Counted from the stretch's first letter, positions 9,994 to 21,500 are shown. The stretch: DNA of 31,148 nucleotides from Spirogloea muscicola (GCA_009602725.1 WELB01000020.1:1121623-1152770), one strand, 5' to 3'. A program made the numbers and translations. Notes: generated by a model from the letters alone, not told the origin.

Positions 9994-10476
9994 CATGCAG
10001 AGTCTGCTAAAAGAGAGAAGCGCTAAAAGCTCTGAAAGCCTACAGGCATATACCAAGATGACGACATGCCAAGCGGGGGAAACGAGATCCTGTAGCCGAC
10101 AGGGGAAAAGTAGGAATCACGTGAAAGGTTCCAGGGCTTGAGACAAGAGAATGAGCTCGCCCATAGAAGAGGGGCTGGCAGAAGCCACTCAGAAAAGGAT
10201 GGACAAAGTCCAAAGGGCCACAACAGGTGCCGAGAGATAGGGCTAGGTCCTGAATAGGGTTCAGGTGTGGTTCTCCGAGCGACTCGTAGCTGCTTTGTTT
10301 CTGTGTGTGCTTGTTTTTCTTAGCGCTTCGACCAGACCCCCTTCTCGTACGTTGTTCGTTCTTCTTTGGGCTGGCTGCAGCGCACACCATCCATCTGGTC
10401 GCGGGCGCCGCCGCCGCGGCCGCCACCCCTCTTAAACCCCGGGCCGCCGCCGGCGCCGTCGCCGGCGGCGCCCGCC

Positions 10477-13400
10477 ATGGGGTCCGCGGCGGCGTGCAGC
10501 TCTCGGCGCCGCCCTCGGAGCCGGAGTCCCGAACTTCCCCCGGCCAAGTTCGCGTGGGCGCAGCGGTTTCTCACCCTCGCCGCCTTCCATGCCGCCACCA
10601 CGCCACCTCCGCCGCAGCCCCCCCTTCTTCCGCCGTCGCCACCCTCGCCTGCGAAGCCCCCGCGCGCGCCGTGCCCCACCTGCCCGCGGGATTTCGCAAC
10701 TCCCCATGGTGTCTCTGTGCATCGGCGACACTGCAAGGGGCATGCCAGCCCCACCGGCCCGCCGCCCGCAGCGGCCGTCGCGGCTTGCAGCCCCATCGTC
10801 CAGGCCCTGGCATCCACTCGGGCGGAGCATTCCACGGAGCATTCCACGGAGCATTCCACGGAGGCCACTACTCTATCGCCTCCCGCCCGAGAGAAGTGTC
10901 GGGCACCAACGTTATCGCCTCCACCCCTGAGAAGCGAGGGGACCCACGAGGTGACCACGCTCCTCCATCCTCAGGGTACCATGTCCCATGTGCTCGGCCC
11001 TGACGCCCCTGAGTGTGCTTCTCCGGCGACAGTGGTGCGGCAGCCGCTACCGCCCGCCGAGCCGTCGTCACCACAGCCGCCGACGTCCCCACCGCCCCCA
11101 CCTCCTCCGACGCCGCCTTCCCGATCATCCGCCATCCCGCCTCTCGAGCCGCCCAGCCTTCCACAGTCGGCGCCATCGACGCCCCCCCCATCTCCGCCGC
11201 CTCCACCCCCGCCGAGCGAGCCGGCTCCACCGCCGTCGCCCTCTCCTCCCTCGCCCGACCCGCCTCGGTGCCAGCTTTGCCAGAGGACCTTCACCACGCG
11301 GTCCGGCCGGTCCAACCACCAGCGAACTTGCGCGGGCAACATCAACCGTGCGGAGCAGGCGCGGAGCGCAGCGGCGGCGGGTGGTCGTCGGGGCAGACCA
11401 GGCAGGCCTCCCGCGCCGTCCCCGCCCACGCCTCACCACTGGCAGTGGCTGGCCGACCTTGACCTGGCCGCAGTTCACCGCCAGGCGGCCCTGCCGCTCC
11501 TACGCCATGTTCCACGCTGGGCACGCCCACACCTCCGCCGCGCGCTCCGCCCGGTGACACAGCGGATCGTCGTGGACCACAGAGACGAGGCGGCGTGGAA
11601 GCTGTTCATCCTCTTCCCCCGGCTGTTGCTCGGGCGGGTCTCTCTCGACAGCCGCAAGCAGGGCCAGCAGCCCCTCTTGGAACGCGTCCAGTTGTTCGAG
11701 AGCGGGCACTGGGAGGAGCTCCTGGCGAGGCACGACGCAGCCGTGGCGGCATCCGAAGCCAACCGTGGTGGTCGAGGGGCAACACACGACCGGGCCGCCA
11801 GCGTCCGCAGGGCTCTTCGCTACGGCCACGCGGGCGAGCTCTCCCGGGCTGTGCAGGCCCTGGACGATGCGATGCTGGCGCCGACCAATGCGGCAACCCG
11901 GGCGGCTCTGGACTCCCTCCACCCCCCGTCCAGCTCCCCCCTGCCACCGTGGTTGGCCGCGTTCGCCCCGCCGGAGGAGGTGGTCTTGGACGCCGACGCC
12001 CTCATGAAGGCTCTCCAGACCAGCCGTCGCGCAGCCGCCGGCGGCCCCTCCCGCATGCTAACTGAGCACCTGCGGGAGATCTTCCTTGAGGGTGAGGCAA
12101 CAGACTTCAACGCGCTGCTGCAGATCTGCCAGCATATGGCCCGCGACAATGTGCCGGCCAGCATCCGCGGCGTACTGTGCACCAGCACGCTGCTCGCCCT
12201 CGACAAGCCGAGCGGGGGAGTCAGGCCCATTGCCATTGGGGAGGTCCTGTACCGCCTGGTGAGCCGCGTACTCTGGCAGCAGCATGCGGGGCCGGCGCAG
12301 GTGCACATGGCGCCACACCAGTACGGCGCGGGGCTGCGGAGTGGGGGCGAGGCCGTCGTCCATGGGGTTCGTGCGACCTTGGACCAGCACCCGGGGTGGC
12401 TGGTGCTGGCCGTTGACGTGAAGAATGCCTTCAACACTGTGGAGCGCGCCAGCATTGCGGAGGAGCTCCGGGCATCCTTCCCCTCCCTGGTACCCTTTTT
12501 CCGCTTGGGGTACGGTCAGCCCAGCGACCTCCTCTGGCGGACAGGGGGAGATCAAGTGGAGGTCCTGCAGTCCCAAGCGGGCACGCGGCAAGGAGACCCC
12601 CTCGCCGGCTTCTACTTTGCGCTCGCTCACCACCGGGCCCTGCAGGCAACCGCCGCGGCACACCCAGGAGTCCTACTCCCCTCCTTCGCGGACGACACCA
12701 CCATCGTCGGCCCTCCGGAAGACGTGGCGGCGGCCTTCATCACCCTTGAGCTGCAGCTGGCCACCCTCGGCCTGTCCACCCGGGCGTCAAAGTGCGCGGC
12801 CTGGTCTCCCAGCGGCCTCCCACCCAACCTGACGCTGCCCACCGGCTGCCAAACTCCAGCAGATGGCTTCACCCTGCTGGGGGTCCCCATCGGCGCGCCG
12901 TCCTTCGTGGAGGGGCAGCTGCGAGCCCGCCTGGCGGAGCACCTTCAGCCTGCGGCCCGGCTTCCCGAGCTGGACGACATGCAACTATCGCTGGCCATGT
13001 TGACCAGGGCCATTGGGCAGCGGCCCCAGTACCTGACGCGGGCCACTCCGCCGTCCCCTGGGGCGTTGGCAGCGTATGCAGATTTCGATGCAAGCATGGT
13101 GGCGAGCTTGGCGGCCCTGGTCCGCCACCAGGGCTTCCTCCAGTCGCCAGCAGCTATCCACCAGGCGGCGCTACCCCTCAGCCACGGTGGTCTCGGCCTG
13201 CGCCCGCTCGCTCGTTCTTGCCGGGCGGCATACCTCGGCAGCTGGGCGCAGACTGCCGCCTCCGTGGCCCAGCGCTTCTTGGTCCACGGCCGGCGGGCAC
13301 TGGAGCAGGCGGTGGCGGAGGTCGACATGGGCCCGCTGCCGTTCCAGGTGTCGCTTCGCTCCGCCCACCAGGAGCTGCTCGCGGCGCACCCGGACCTGGC

Positions 13401-14376
13401 CGGCCAGGCGGTATCCTTTGCGCACCTCGCGCACACCGCCGACTTGCGCGTCCAAGCGCGCATCGCGGCAGTGGTCGACAAGGCCGCCTACACCACCGCC
13501 GTGCTCCAGCTCCCCGAGGCCGACTTGCGCGGGCGCGCGAGACTCCACTCGGCCTCTTCCCCGGGGGCTGCGGCGTGGCTCCAGGCCCTCCCCCTCTACG
13601 ACGCCCTCACCCTCCCGGACGAGGTATTCCGAAGTGCCGTCCACCGGCTCCTGGGCCTACTGCCGCCATGTCTCCAGGGTGTGCGTCAATGTGAGTGTGG
13701 CGAGCGCGGGACCGAGCCTGGAGAGCTGGCTGCTCATGTTCTGCGCTGTTCCCACGGCGGAGAGCGGACAGCGGCCCACGACCGCCTCCGCGACGTAATG
13801 CATGGCATCCTGTTGGAGGCTGGTTTCTCCGTGGCAGCAGAGCACTCCGGAATCATGCCAATCCAGCACAGGGCCGACGGTCTCCATGCCAGGCGTGTAG
13901 ACCTGGTGGCCACCCGACAGGCCGGCGGGCCACGTCTTCTCCTGGACGTGGTGACTACTGATGCCTATGACCGCTCACACCCAGCCAAATGTGCCACCAC
14001 GGCTGGGTATGCGGTCGCCTGCGCTGCTCGGGCCAAAGAGCTGAAGTACGCGGATCATCCGCGGGAAGACGAGTTCTTCCCGTTGGCCATCGACACACAT
14101 GGGGCGCTGGGCGCTCGGTGGCTCGAGCTGCTCACCCAGCTCGCCCGCCACACCATCGCCCGGCGCTTCCATGGGGAGCCGGTTGACTTCCCTGCAGCCG
14201 GGTCGCTGGCGCAAGTGTATCGAATGCGCCTGGCCGTCTCGCTGCAGAGGTCCATGGCCCGGGCGCTGCACCTTCGTGCCGGCAGAGCCCTCGCTGCTGC
14301 CTCTGGCTCTGGCCAGGGGACCCACTTCCAGGAGCCCAGCATCTCTGATCTGCGGCTGCTTAGCAGGGGTTACTGA
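10477..14376 (+). CDS. Non-LTR retrotransposon polyprotein (ZnF-ZnF-RT-CCHC-RLE), CRE-clade-like, ~1299 aa
   Basis: Open frame 10366-14376; first in-frame ATG at 10477 in strong context (cccgccATGG). Zinc fingers CPTC-x12-HRRHC (~10672) and CQLC-x12-HQRTC (~11269). RT motifs GGVRPIAIGE, VDVKNAFN, GTRQGDPL, FADD, LLGVPIG. Thumb/linker LPLSHGGLGL and AWLQALP. CECG...HVLRC knuckle. RLE motifs AHDRLRD, RVDL, LLDV, KELKY, FFPLAIDTHGALG. No APE, integrase or GIY-YIG domain. Confidence 0.93.
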   Translation: MGSAAACSSRRRPRSRSPELPPAKFAWAQRFLTLAAFHAATTPPPPQPPLLPPSPPSPAKPPRAPCPTCPRDFATPHGVSVHRRHCKGHASPTGPPPAAAVAACSPIVQALASTRAEHSTEHSTEHSTEATTLSPPAREKCRAPTLSPPPLRSEGTHEVTTLLHPQGTMSHVLGPDAPECASPATVVRQPLPPAEPSSPQPPTSPPPPPPPTPPSRSSAIPPLEPPSLPQSAPSTPPPSPPPPPPPSEPAPPPSPSPPSPDPPRCQLCQRTFTTRSGRSNHQRTCAGNINRAEQARSAAAAGGRRGRPGRPPAPSPPTPHHWQWLADLDLAAVHRQAALPLLRHVPRWARPHLRRALRPVTQRIVVDHRDEAAWKLFILFPRLLLGRVSLDSRKQGQQPLLERVQLFESGHWEELLARHDAAVAASEANRGGRGATHDRAASVRRALRYGHAGELSRAVQALDDAMLAPTNAATRAALDSLHPPSSSPLPPWLAAFAPPEEVVLDADALMKALQTSRRAAAGGPSRMLTEHLREIFLEGEATDFNALLQICQHMARDNVPASIRGVLCTSTLLALDKPSGGVRPIAIGEVLYRLVSRVLWQQHAGPAQVHMAPHQYGAGLRSGGEAVVHGVRATLDQHPGWLVLAVDVKNAFNTVERASIAEELRASFPSLVPFFRLGYGQPSDLLWRTGGDQVEVLQSQAGTRQGDPLAGFYFALAHHRALQATAAAHPGVLLPSFADDTTIVGPPEDVAAAFITLELQLATLGLSTRASKCAAWSPSGLPPNLTLPTGCQTPADGFTLLGVPIGAPSFVEGQLRARLAEHLQPAARLPELDDMQLSLAMLTRAIGQRPQYLTRATPPSPGALAAYADFDASMVASLAALVRHQGFLQSPAAIHQAALPLSHGGLGLRPLARSCRAAYLGSWAQTAASVAQRFLVHGRRALEQAVAEVDMGPLPFQVSLRSAHQELLAAHPDLAGQAVSFAHLAHTADLRVQARIAAVVDKAAYTTAVLQLPEADLRGRARLHSASSPGAAAWLQALPLYDALTLPDEVFRSAVHRLLGLLPPCLQGVRQCECGERGTEPGELAAHVLRCSHGGERTAAHDRLRDVMHGILLEAGFSVAAEHSGIMPIQHRADGLHARRVDLVATRQAGGPRLLLDVVTTDAYDRSHPAKCATTAGYAVACAARAKELKYADHPREDEFFPLAIDTHGALGARWLELLTQLARHTIARRFHGEPVDFPAAGSLAQVYRMRLAVSLQRSMARALHLRAGRALAAASGSGQGTHFQEPSISDLRLLSRGY
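10824..10863 (+). repeat. 12-bp coding tandem repeat (STEH units) in the retroelement ORF
   Basis: GGAGCATTCCAC occurs three times. Confidence 0.85.
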
Positions 14377-14756
14377 GTGTCTCGTAGCAGCTTTGTTTCT
14401 GTTACTTAGCGCTTCCCCTGGCCCCCTTCTCGTACTCTGTTCATTCTTTTTCGGGCTGGTTGTTCCAGCCCCTATTCTCAATGGGCGAGCACTTTCTTCT
14501 CCTGGACCCTTGCCCCTGCAGTAACCGTTGCTCATTTTACCGTTGCGGCCCCATCCCAATGCCTCCCGCTTTTCCTTGCGCCGCCGGCAGCCCGGGCTTG
14601 GCGATCCACAGCATTCGTTACAGAAAGAGTGGACCATCAATGTCCAGAGCCCAAAAGAGGAATGGAAGAGGCGTCGGAAAAAGGACTACACTACAAAAGG
14701 ACTACACAAGACGCCCACTTCTGGAACGGAAACAGTGTTGTTGTCATTCACTTTTA

Positions 14757-14841
14757 GGCTGGCTTTTCCAGCCCCTATTCTCAATGGGCGAGCACTTTTC
14801 TATTCCAGCCCCTATCCTCAATGGGCGAGGCACTTCCTTCT
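14757..14841 (+). repeat. Two tandem 3'-terminal motifs (subfamily A)
   Basis: GGCTGGcttttCCAGCCCCTATTCTCAATGGGCGAGCAC is followed directly by TTCCAGCCCCTATCCTCAATGGGCGAGGCAC. Confidence 0.85.
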
Positions 14842-15129
14842 TTTGTCCCACTACTTCTGCCTTGCAGGTGCAGCCGCTGGACGATCACGCCCAGGTCACC
14901 GACTGGCTAGCTGCCGAAACTTGGTGGCGGTGCGTCAGGCCGGCACGTCACAAGTCAGCTGACGCTCCCGCAAACCTGCCGCGTCATGCGACGTGCCGGC
15001 CGACATCGTCGACACATCTCTTGATTCCGCAAAGCCCGCCGCGTTGGGCGCCGTGCCGGCCGCGGCGGCGGCGCCCCCCCCCCCGGGGCAGCTCCGAGGC
15101 GCGCAGCGAACAATCTGCGGATCGTAAGA

Positions 15130-15553
15130 CCTGGGGGACGGGGCGGTGGTCAGCGCATTCGCAGAGCTTTGGACGCGGCGCAGCTCATCCGCAGGACCGT
15201 AGATGTGGCCAGCACCCCCCTCCCCACCGAAAGTCGGAGCGCCGCCCGGCCCCGCGGCATCCCCTCACGTGCCTTTGGGTCTGGTGTCCTGCTACCGTAT
15301 GCGACTGTCTATGTCCCTGCAGCGCTCCCAAGCGCTTGCTCTGCACCGCCGCGCTGGTCGCGCCCTTGCAGCAGCCTCTGGCTTGCGCAGCGGGGTTGCT
15401 CCTCCTCCCCTCAGCTCATCTGACTTGCTACTGCTGACACGGGGGTATTGAGGGCGCCCTGCCTGCCTAGCCTACGGCTCCGTCATGAACACCTGTACGC
15501 ATCTGGCTGGCATTTCACAGCCGATTCTTTCATATCAGCAGCCGCTTTCTTCT
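15130..15553 (+). mobile_element. Decayed 3' fragment of another subfamily (subfamily C UTR)
   Basis: CYRMRLSMSLQRSQALALHRRAGRALAAASG…SSDLLLLTRGY* (stop 15451). The UTR carries GGCTGgcatttcaCAGCC and ends GCTTTCTTCT. The 5' limit is approximate. Confidence 0.8.
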
Positions 15554-15592
15554 CACCGCCGCCGCCAGCCGCCAGTACCGCCGCCGCCGCCG

Positions 15593-18500
15593 ATGGCGCC
15601 GTGGCTTCTGGTGATCGCCGCCGCCGCCGCCGCCGCCCCGCCTGAGGGCCTCGGAACGGGCGCCGTTGCCGAGGTACGCGGCCGCCGGCCCGCTCGGCAG
15701 CGCCCGCAAAGTCCTGCTTTGCCAAGTCCTCGTGCAGCACGACCCACAGAGCCAGGACCCAGAAAGACACGAGTGCCTGACGCGGCGGCTGCGGCGGCGA
15801 GCGGCGGCCAGGAGCCCTGGGCTGCCGGGGTGGTGGCGCGATTCTCCGCCGGGCGCCGGCTGCTCTCAACGCACCCGGACTGTGAGCCAGAGTCGCTCCG
15901 GCGCCCGAGCCGCCGCCGTCGCTCGCCGTCGCGGCGTGCTGAGTGCTTACGACTTCGCCAGCCCTGACCACTGCAAGGTGCTTCCTGACGGCTGTGGCGG
16001 CGCGGTGTTGACTCGGCCCAGACGGGGCGCTGGTGTCATTCAAGGCCGGCGTGAAAAACCCACCGCTGCTGTCCAGCTGGACGGGGCCCAACCCCTGCGC
16101 CGGCTGCAACGCCACCGGCGGCAACTGCGCCTGGTTCGGCATCGAGTGCGACAACAGCTCCGAGTCAGCTCCCTGTGAGTGGCCATCTGACTCGGTGGCC
16201 CTCAGACAGCTTGCGACGTTGGTTTGGGGCAGACACCAATCAAGTGCTAGGTTGACTTTGGCCCTCTCCCTGCACACTCACCAGGGCCCGTGGTTCTCAG
16301 CCATTGTGTTTAACTGGCTTCATTGACTTCGTGACTGATAATTGGTACATTAGCTTGTAGCCTTTAACTTTTTTGTCTGGGACAAGTTCTCAGCAGAATG
16401 CGCCTCCAGCTTTCTCAGGCACTGCTGAGTGACTGAAGCGAATGTGGCTGCTGACTTTCCTGGAAGCATGCCGCCTGAACCTAAGGAAAGGACTGGTGGT
16501 GCATGGCTCTGTTGTTTCTCAGAGTGGTGGTGAACGCCAACCTTAATGGGTCACTCACCTCGCCCATTGGCAACCTCACCAGCCTGACGCGCCTGTAGGA
16601 CACTCTTGCCTCTGCTACTCACTGGTGAATTTTCTAGGTTGTGCAATTGAGACGACTTGCTTACAAACTACACTGTACTGTTTATGTGCTATGTTGGTCG
16701 GTTATAGGTATTTGTATGGGAATCGCCTGACAGGACCGATTCCTCCCACCATCGGCAACCTGGCCAAGCTCGACCTCCTGTACGTCAGCTCTCACCAAAG
16801 CCCTCTCGACTGCAACATTCGCTGGCTTCAGCATTAGGCCTGTGACGACAATCGAATTGCCAAAACAAGTCAGGTCATAGCGCCCTCACTTGCCAAGAAT
16901 TGGTTTGTGCAGCAATTTGGACCACAACTTCCTGACAGGGAGCGTTCCAAGTACCATTGGCAAGCTTTCGCAACTAGAACTGCTGTGAGTCTGCCTGAGC
17001 TTCATGACAAATACTCATGAAAAAAGCTCTTCTACATTTAGAAGTGCGAATCTGCAGGAAGCACAATGTTGGGCTCTGTTAATGCTCATCACCCTTTTGG
17101 CTAGATCACCGAACTTGCTCAGCTGAACTTGGTCAGGTGGACTTGCTATATTAAAAAATGTGTCAAATCAATATAGCTGGATGGGGCTGCTCAAATCAGC
17201 TTGTAAGTTGGCTGTTCCTTCCAGCCATCTCTGCTGCAACAATCTGACGGGTCCCATACCGACAACCATCACGAATCTCACAAAACTCGTCATCTTGTTA
17301 GTGGTCACCCCCTACCAACTTCTCTTGCGGCGGTGACTTGTCACATACCATGAAGATTTGCCATGAATCTACAGTCGGCTCTGAAGACTCCTTGATACTG
17401 GATTCTGCACACTGCGTATGCTATGTATATGTTGCAAATTCAGGGGCAGGCAGGCGCGCAAAGTTGACCAGATCTGTGGTCGACATTGTTCAGCATCATG
17501 GACTACAATGGCTTCACCGGCACCATACCTCCTGACTTCCAGAGCATGCCGTACTTACAGAAGATGTAAGGGAGTCCGGCGAGCTAGCTGCTGGTGGATT
17601 TGTGCCTTTGACTGTGCAAACCTTCTGAAGCGAGCTCTTCATGCGCCATGGGTACAACCACTTCGTTTCCTGTCAGGAACATACAAAGTGCCGGGCTCCA
17701 TAAGTGTATGCTGCATTCCCATCACTGGCTGACATGCAGTCTTTCACATCTCTTATATTGCAGTCAGTTGGCGCACAACAAGCTGAATGGCGGGATCCCG
17801 GCCATACCTCTTAACTACCTCACTCACTTGTAATTGCTGATCACCACTTGCATATGCTCATCGAGAGCCATCAGTGTGCATCATTGTGTGTATGCCAAAG
17901 TGCAAAAGTCAAGGAGGTTTCTGCAGCCAACTTTGGGACAATATGCCAGCAGACTGACCACGTCAACCATGCCACTATGCACAGAGACCTGTCATATAAC
18001 AACCTCACGGGGCTCCTCCCATACAATCTCGGGATATTTGGAAGATCCTTGCAAGTTATGTAAGTGGTTGCTATCTCTTAAGTAGTGCATGTGGTCAATC
18101 TGACGGCTTGTGCTGCTCATGAGATGGCTCCCTTTTCTAGAGACGAATCAGTGACACTGTTGGCTAATTTGTCTTGTGAGTGAAAGCCACAAGCAAATGA
18201 TCAAAAGACAATGTCAGCAAGCAGTTGTTACGGGGCTGAGAGGATACAGGCCCCGTGAACGTGGTCCACAGCCTTAGTACATACCTGATGCTACTGGTGG
18301 TATGTGCTGCAAATGTGTGGCAGAAATTTGGCCTCGAACAGGTTCTATGGGACCATATCCACTTACTTAGGATCCTCACCATCACTTCGGAAGTTGTAAG
18401 TCAAGCTGTGCCTCTGGAGCTTACTGCTGTCCACAGTCAACGACATCAGAGGCATTTCCTGAAAAGCTCCATGATGAAATTGTTATTTCCCGCATCAATA

Positions 18501-21500
18501 GATATTCTGAGAAGCTTGTACAGCAGAGTTGTAGTTCTGCTGACAGTTGAATCTTGTGGCAGCGATGTTTCCAACAACACTTTCCAGGGAGGGTTTCCAG
18601 AATCGTTACTTCCACCTTTCAACACGGCATTGAAGTGGATAGACGTCACCGGCAACTACATGACGGGCCCAGCCCCGAATGTCTCCATCCCAGGGCTCAC
18701 GGTCCGCACCTCCACCAACTGCTTCAAGCTCCCTGCTCGCTTCCAAAGGCCAGCCTCAGTGTGCGGAGCCCAGCTGTCACCGCGTGAGTCTCTCTCTCTC
18801 TCTCTGTCCCCCCCCCCGCCCCCCTCTCCCCGCTGCTTTCCCTCTCTATCTCCCTCATGTTAGCCCCTGGTCCTTTCTCTTGAGCATTCCTGATTATGAC
18901 TCTTTCTTGCATCACGCCGCTCCTAACAGCCTCAAGTCATCCCAGGCCTTCACTCCTGCTTCCTGCTAGCCCTTCCACTTCACCCCACCCTCACCACCTT
19001 TCTTCTGATCTTGACGAATCTGGATATTTGTTGGCAAGTGGATTAGAGGTTCTCAGATTCTAGAAGTTGTGGCATGTCAGTGGAACAGTGCTCCACAAAC
19101 ACGCATGGCCTTATTGACATGAAGAGCACCGCACGTAGATTAGAAGCATTGAATCTTTCAGTATTTGGTCTGCGTGACCTCCAGAAGGTAGCTTGTAAAC
19201 GACTTGCTGTGGCATGTTGTACACAGCCTGCTTATCGAGCTCGTCGAGCGATATTATTTCGAGCGAGTCCATTGTGACTTGTTACAACCTTGGAAAAGAC
19301 TATGACACCAGCTGCAACAATGCCATGTGCAGGTCAGCATATATACATGTTAAGCCAAAACCTTGGACCCTGATTCACTGATAGAGAGATTCAACTCCCG
19401 GCAATACTGTACTCGACTGCTGTGTAGCATGCTGACCAATGCAACGTTGAGTAATCTAGGCAACGTACATACCAAGTTATGATTAAAAGCCGCATAGAAA
19501 AAGCCTGTGGAATGTACAAAGCTGTCAGGTGCTGAAGCCAAAATTGAGAGCTGAGGTTGATAAGAAGCCACTGACGACGGTTCCACATGGCTGTCCAGCT
19601 CCACAACCTCGCGTTGTGAGCTTGACCGCAGGGCTGATGGTTTTCGCTGTAACGCTGCAAGTGGGGGCTACACCAACCAATGCGCCAACCTCACCTGCCA
19701 GTCAGTCCTCTCCAGCCCACAACCTGAATCTGTTACCCACATTCCATGAGCTGCGCAGACCTTGGTCGAGTCGAATGTTGGTCACTTTGACAAACGCCTT
19801 TGTATGGTCCATCCACATAGCACTTGTGAGCATCAGCCACTGCTGTTGAGCATAGAGTGGCCTTTGCAAAAAGTTTCTGGCAGAAGATCTCCTGATTTTG
19901 CCCCACAAAGCTACGCACAGACCCTGGCAGCTTGCAGGGCTTCCACCTTCCTCACACTTTTTCTGCATGTCTGTGCAGAGCTGGCATATGCACTCTTCAC
20001 AATGCTCTCCCAAGGGCCAACCACACGTGCACGGACCCTCCCGAGCGTAACAGCCAGTGGGATCCGCTGTGCTTTGATGCTCGCTGCTCAAGGTAGTCAG
20101 CCACCTGTCACAAGCGATCACAATATGCTCTTATTCTGCTCTCATTCTCAGAAAAGCAGGGTCTGTGAGGCTAAAACATGAAAGGTCATTGATGAGTATT
20201 CAGCAGGAATCAGGGGGTGATGTGTTGGTCAAGAAGAGCAATGAGCATTCGACCAAGATCATCCATCACAATGTGTCGCTGACAAGCCCATTCCCTTGTT
20301 TTTCTGCTTGTCTTGCTAGTGACGGGAGATGCCTCTTCAAGACGTTCCAAAACTCCTCCAAGGACTGCTCTGAGAGCAATAAGGGCCTGAGGTGCTCCAG
20401 CTATTTCTGCAAGTAAGCCAATCTCTTAAATTCGAAGCCACCAAACACTAGATTGTAAACTCTGAATCTTGGTTATACAGCTCCTCGCAGTCTGTAAGTA
20501 AATGTTATGAGTTGCCATCACAAACATATTTGTCTGTATCGTGGGCAGGGCACAAGCGAGCAGAAAAAAGCAGGCTCTATGGCTCTCTGTCTGTCTGAGA
20601 CTTGAGAAAGTTCTGCAGCTGCTTCTGTTGAGCCTTGATTTGTTAGGTTTCTTCAGCTGTCATTCATGGGAATCCCGTGCATTGTTTAATGGTTTGCCTA
20701 TGAAGCGCGTGAACACCCAAACTCCTCCAATCATAGTCCTAAGTCTACCTGCCTACGACATGCTCAGCTTTCGCTGATGGTAGCTCCTTGTTTCTCCATT
20801 GACCAGCGGGAACGGCGTATGCAGTGTTCCAAATAATTACACTGATGGCACACCATGTTACTCACATTCAGCTGACTACCAGTGTGCAAATACGTCGTGC
20901 ACGTGAGTATATGGTTGGTCCTCTTTTGACAAACTAGACTTATTCTCTAAGGTAGACTAAGAGCAGCTTTGGAATCCAAATAGTTGCTCATGCGGCGTGG
21001 AAACAGCCAGACTCAAGGCATGAATGCTGTCGCATTATCATCTGCTCAGATGTTCTTTTTCAGCCTGCGAGCTGCAATTGTGCTGGTGTGTGCATATTGT
21101 CAGGCATTCTTGAATCTGTCTAGTAAGGCGGCAGCACAGGTGCTGGATAAGTGCATCATAGTCCTTCACGTGATGTCACAGGAAGGGCGTCTGCGTTGGG
21201 GCGTACAATGGCAAGTCGAGCTGCAACCTTGCCGCTCCAAATCCTTGCTACATCTACACGTGCAACTCAACGTCGGTTCCTCTCTCCTATCCCTTTGCCC
21301 TTCAATGTGCCAATGGCTTGAGGTGCTCGCGGTCATGACCCTTTGCGCTACTGCCTGCTGTGATCTTGACGGCTTTCCTGTGGTTGCCTCAAGACAGCAC
21401 ACAAACGTGCTCCAACAAGAAAGTGGCCCCAAATACGACGGCATGCGCAAATGGTGACAAATGCGATTTAATCTATCGCTGCAAGTAAGTCCGCAAGTGG

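Larger units (their letters stand above)
10280..14500 (+). mobile_element. Full-length RLE-type non-LTR retrotransposon; 3' end at 14500, 5' end uncertain (~10250-10380)
   Basis: The 3' end is fixed by where identity with the 9047-9993 copy stops (…GAGCACTTTCTTCT). The 124-nt 3' UTR contains the hairpin GGGCTGG-ttgtt-CCAGCCC. No poly(A) and no clear TSD. Confidence 0.85.

Noticed and set aside
10366..14376. Penelope-like element, group II intron, retron or DGR
   Set aside because: The domain order ZnF-RT-CCHC-RLE is diagnostic of RLE non-LTR elements. No GIY-YIG, intron domain V or TR/VR pair.
14453..14490. Histone stem-loop/HDE or Helitron 3' hairpin
   Set aside because: Stem and loop do not fit the histone consensus, and there is no terminal CTRR. 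TSDs and 5' truncation indicate TPRT.
9047..14500. DNA transposon, DIRS or Polinton with long TIRs
   Set aside because: The inverted repeat is coding 3' sequence of the RT element. No transposase, tyrosine recombinase, RNase H or flanking TSD was seen.
10305..14640. Many overlapping alternative-frame and antisense ORFs
   Set aside because: They are shadows of a very GC-rich coding sequence and show no recognisable motifs.
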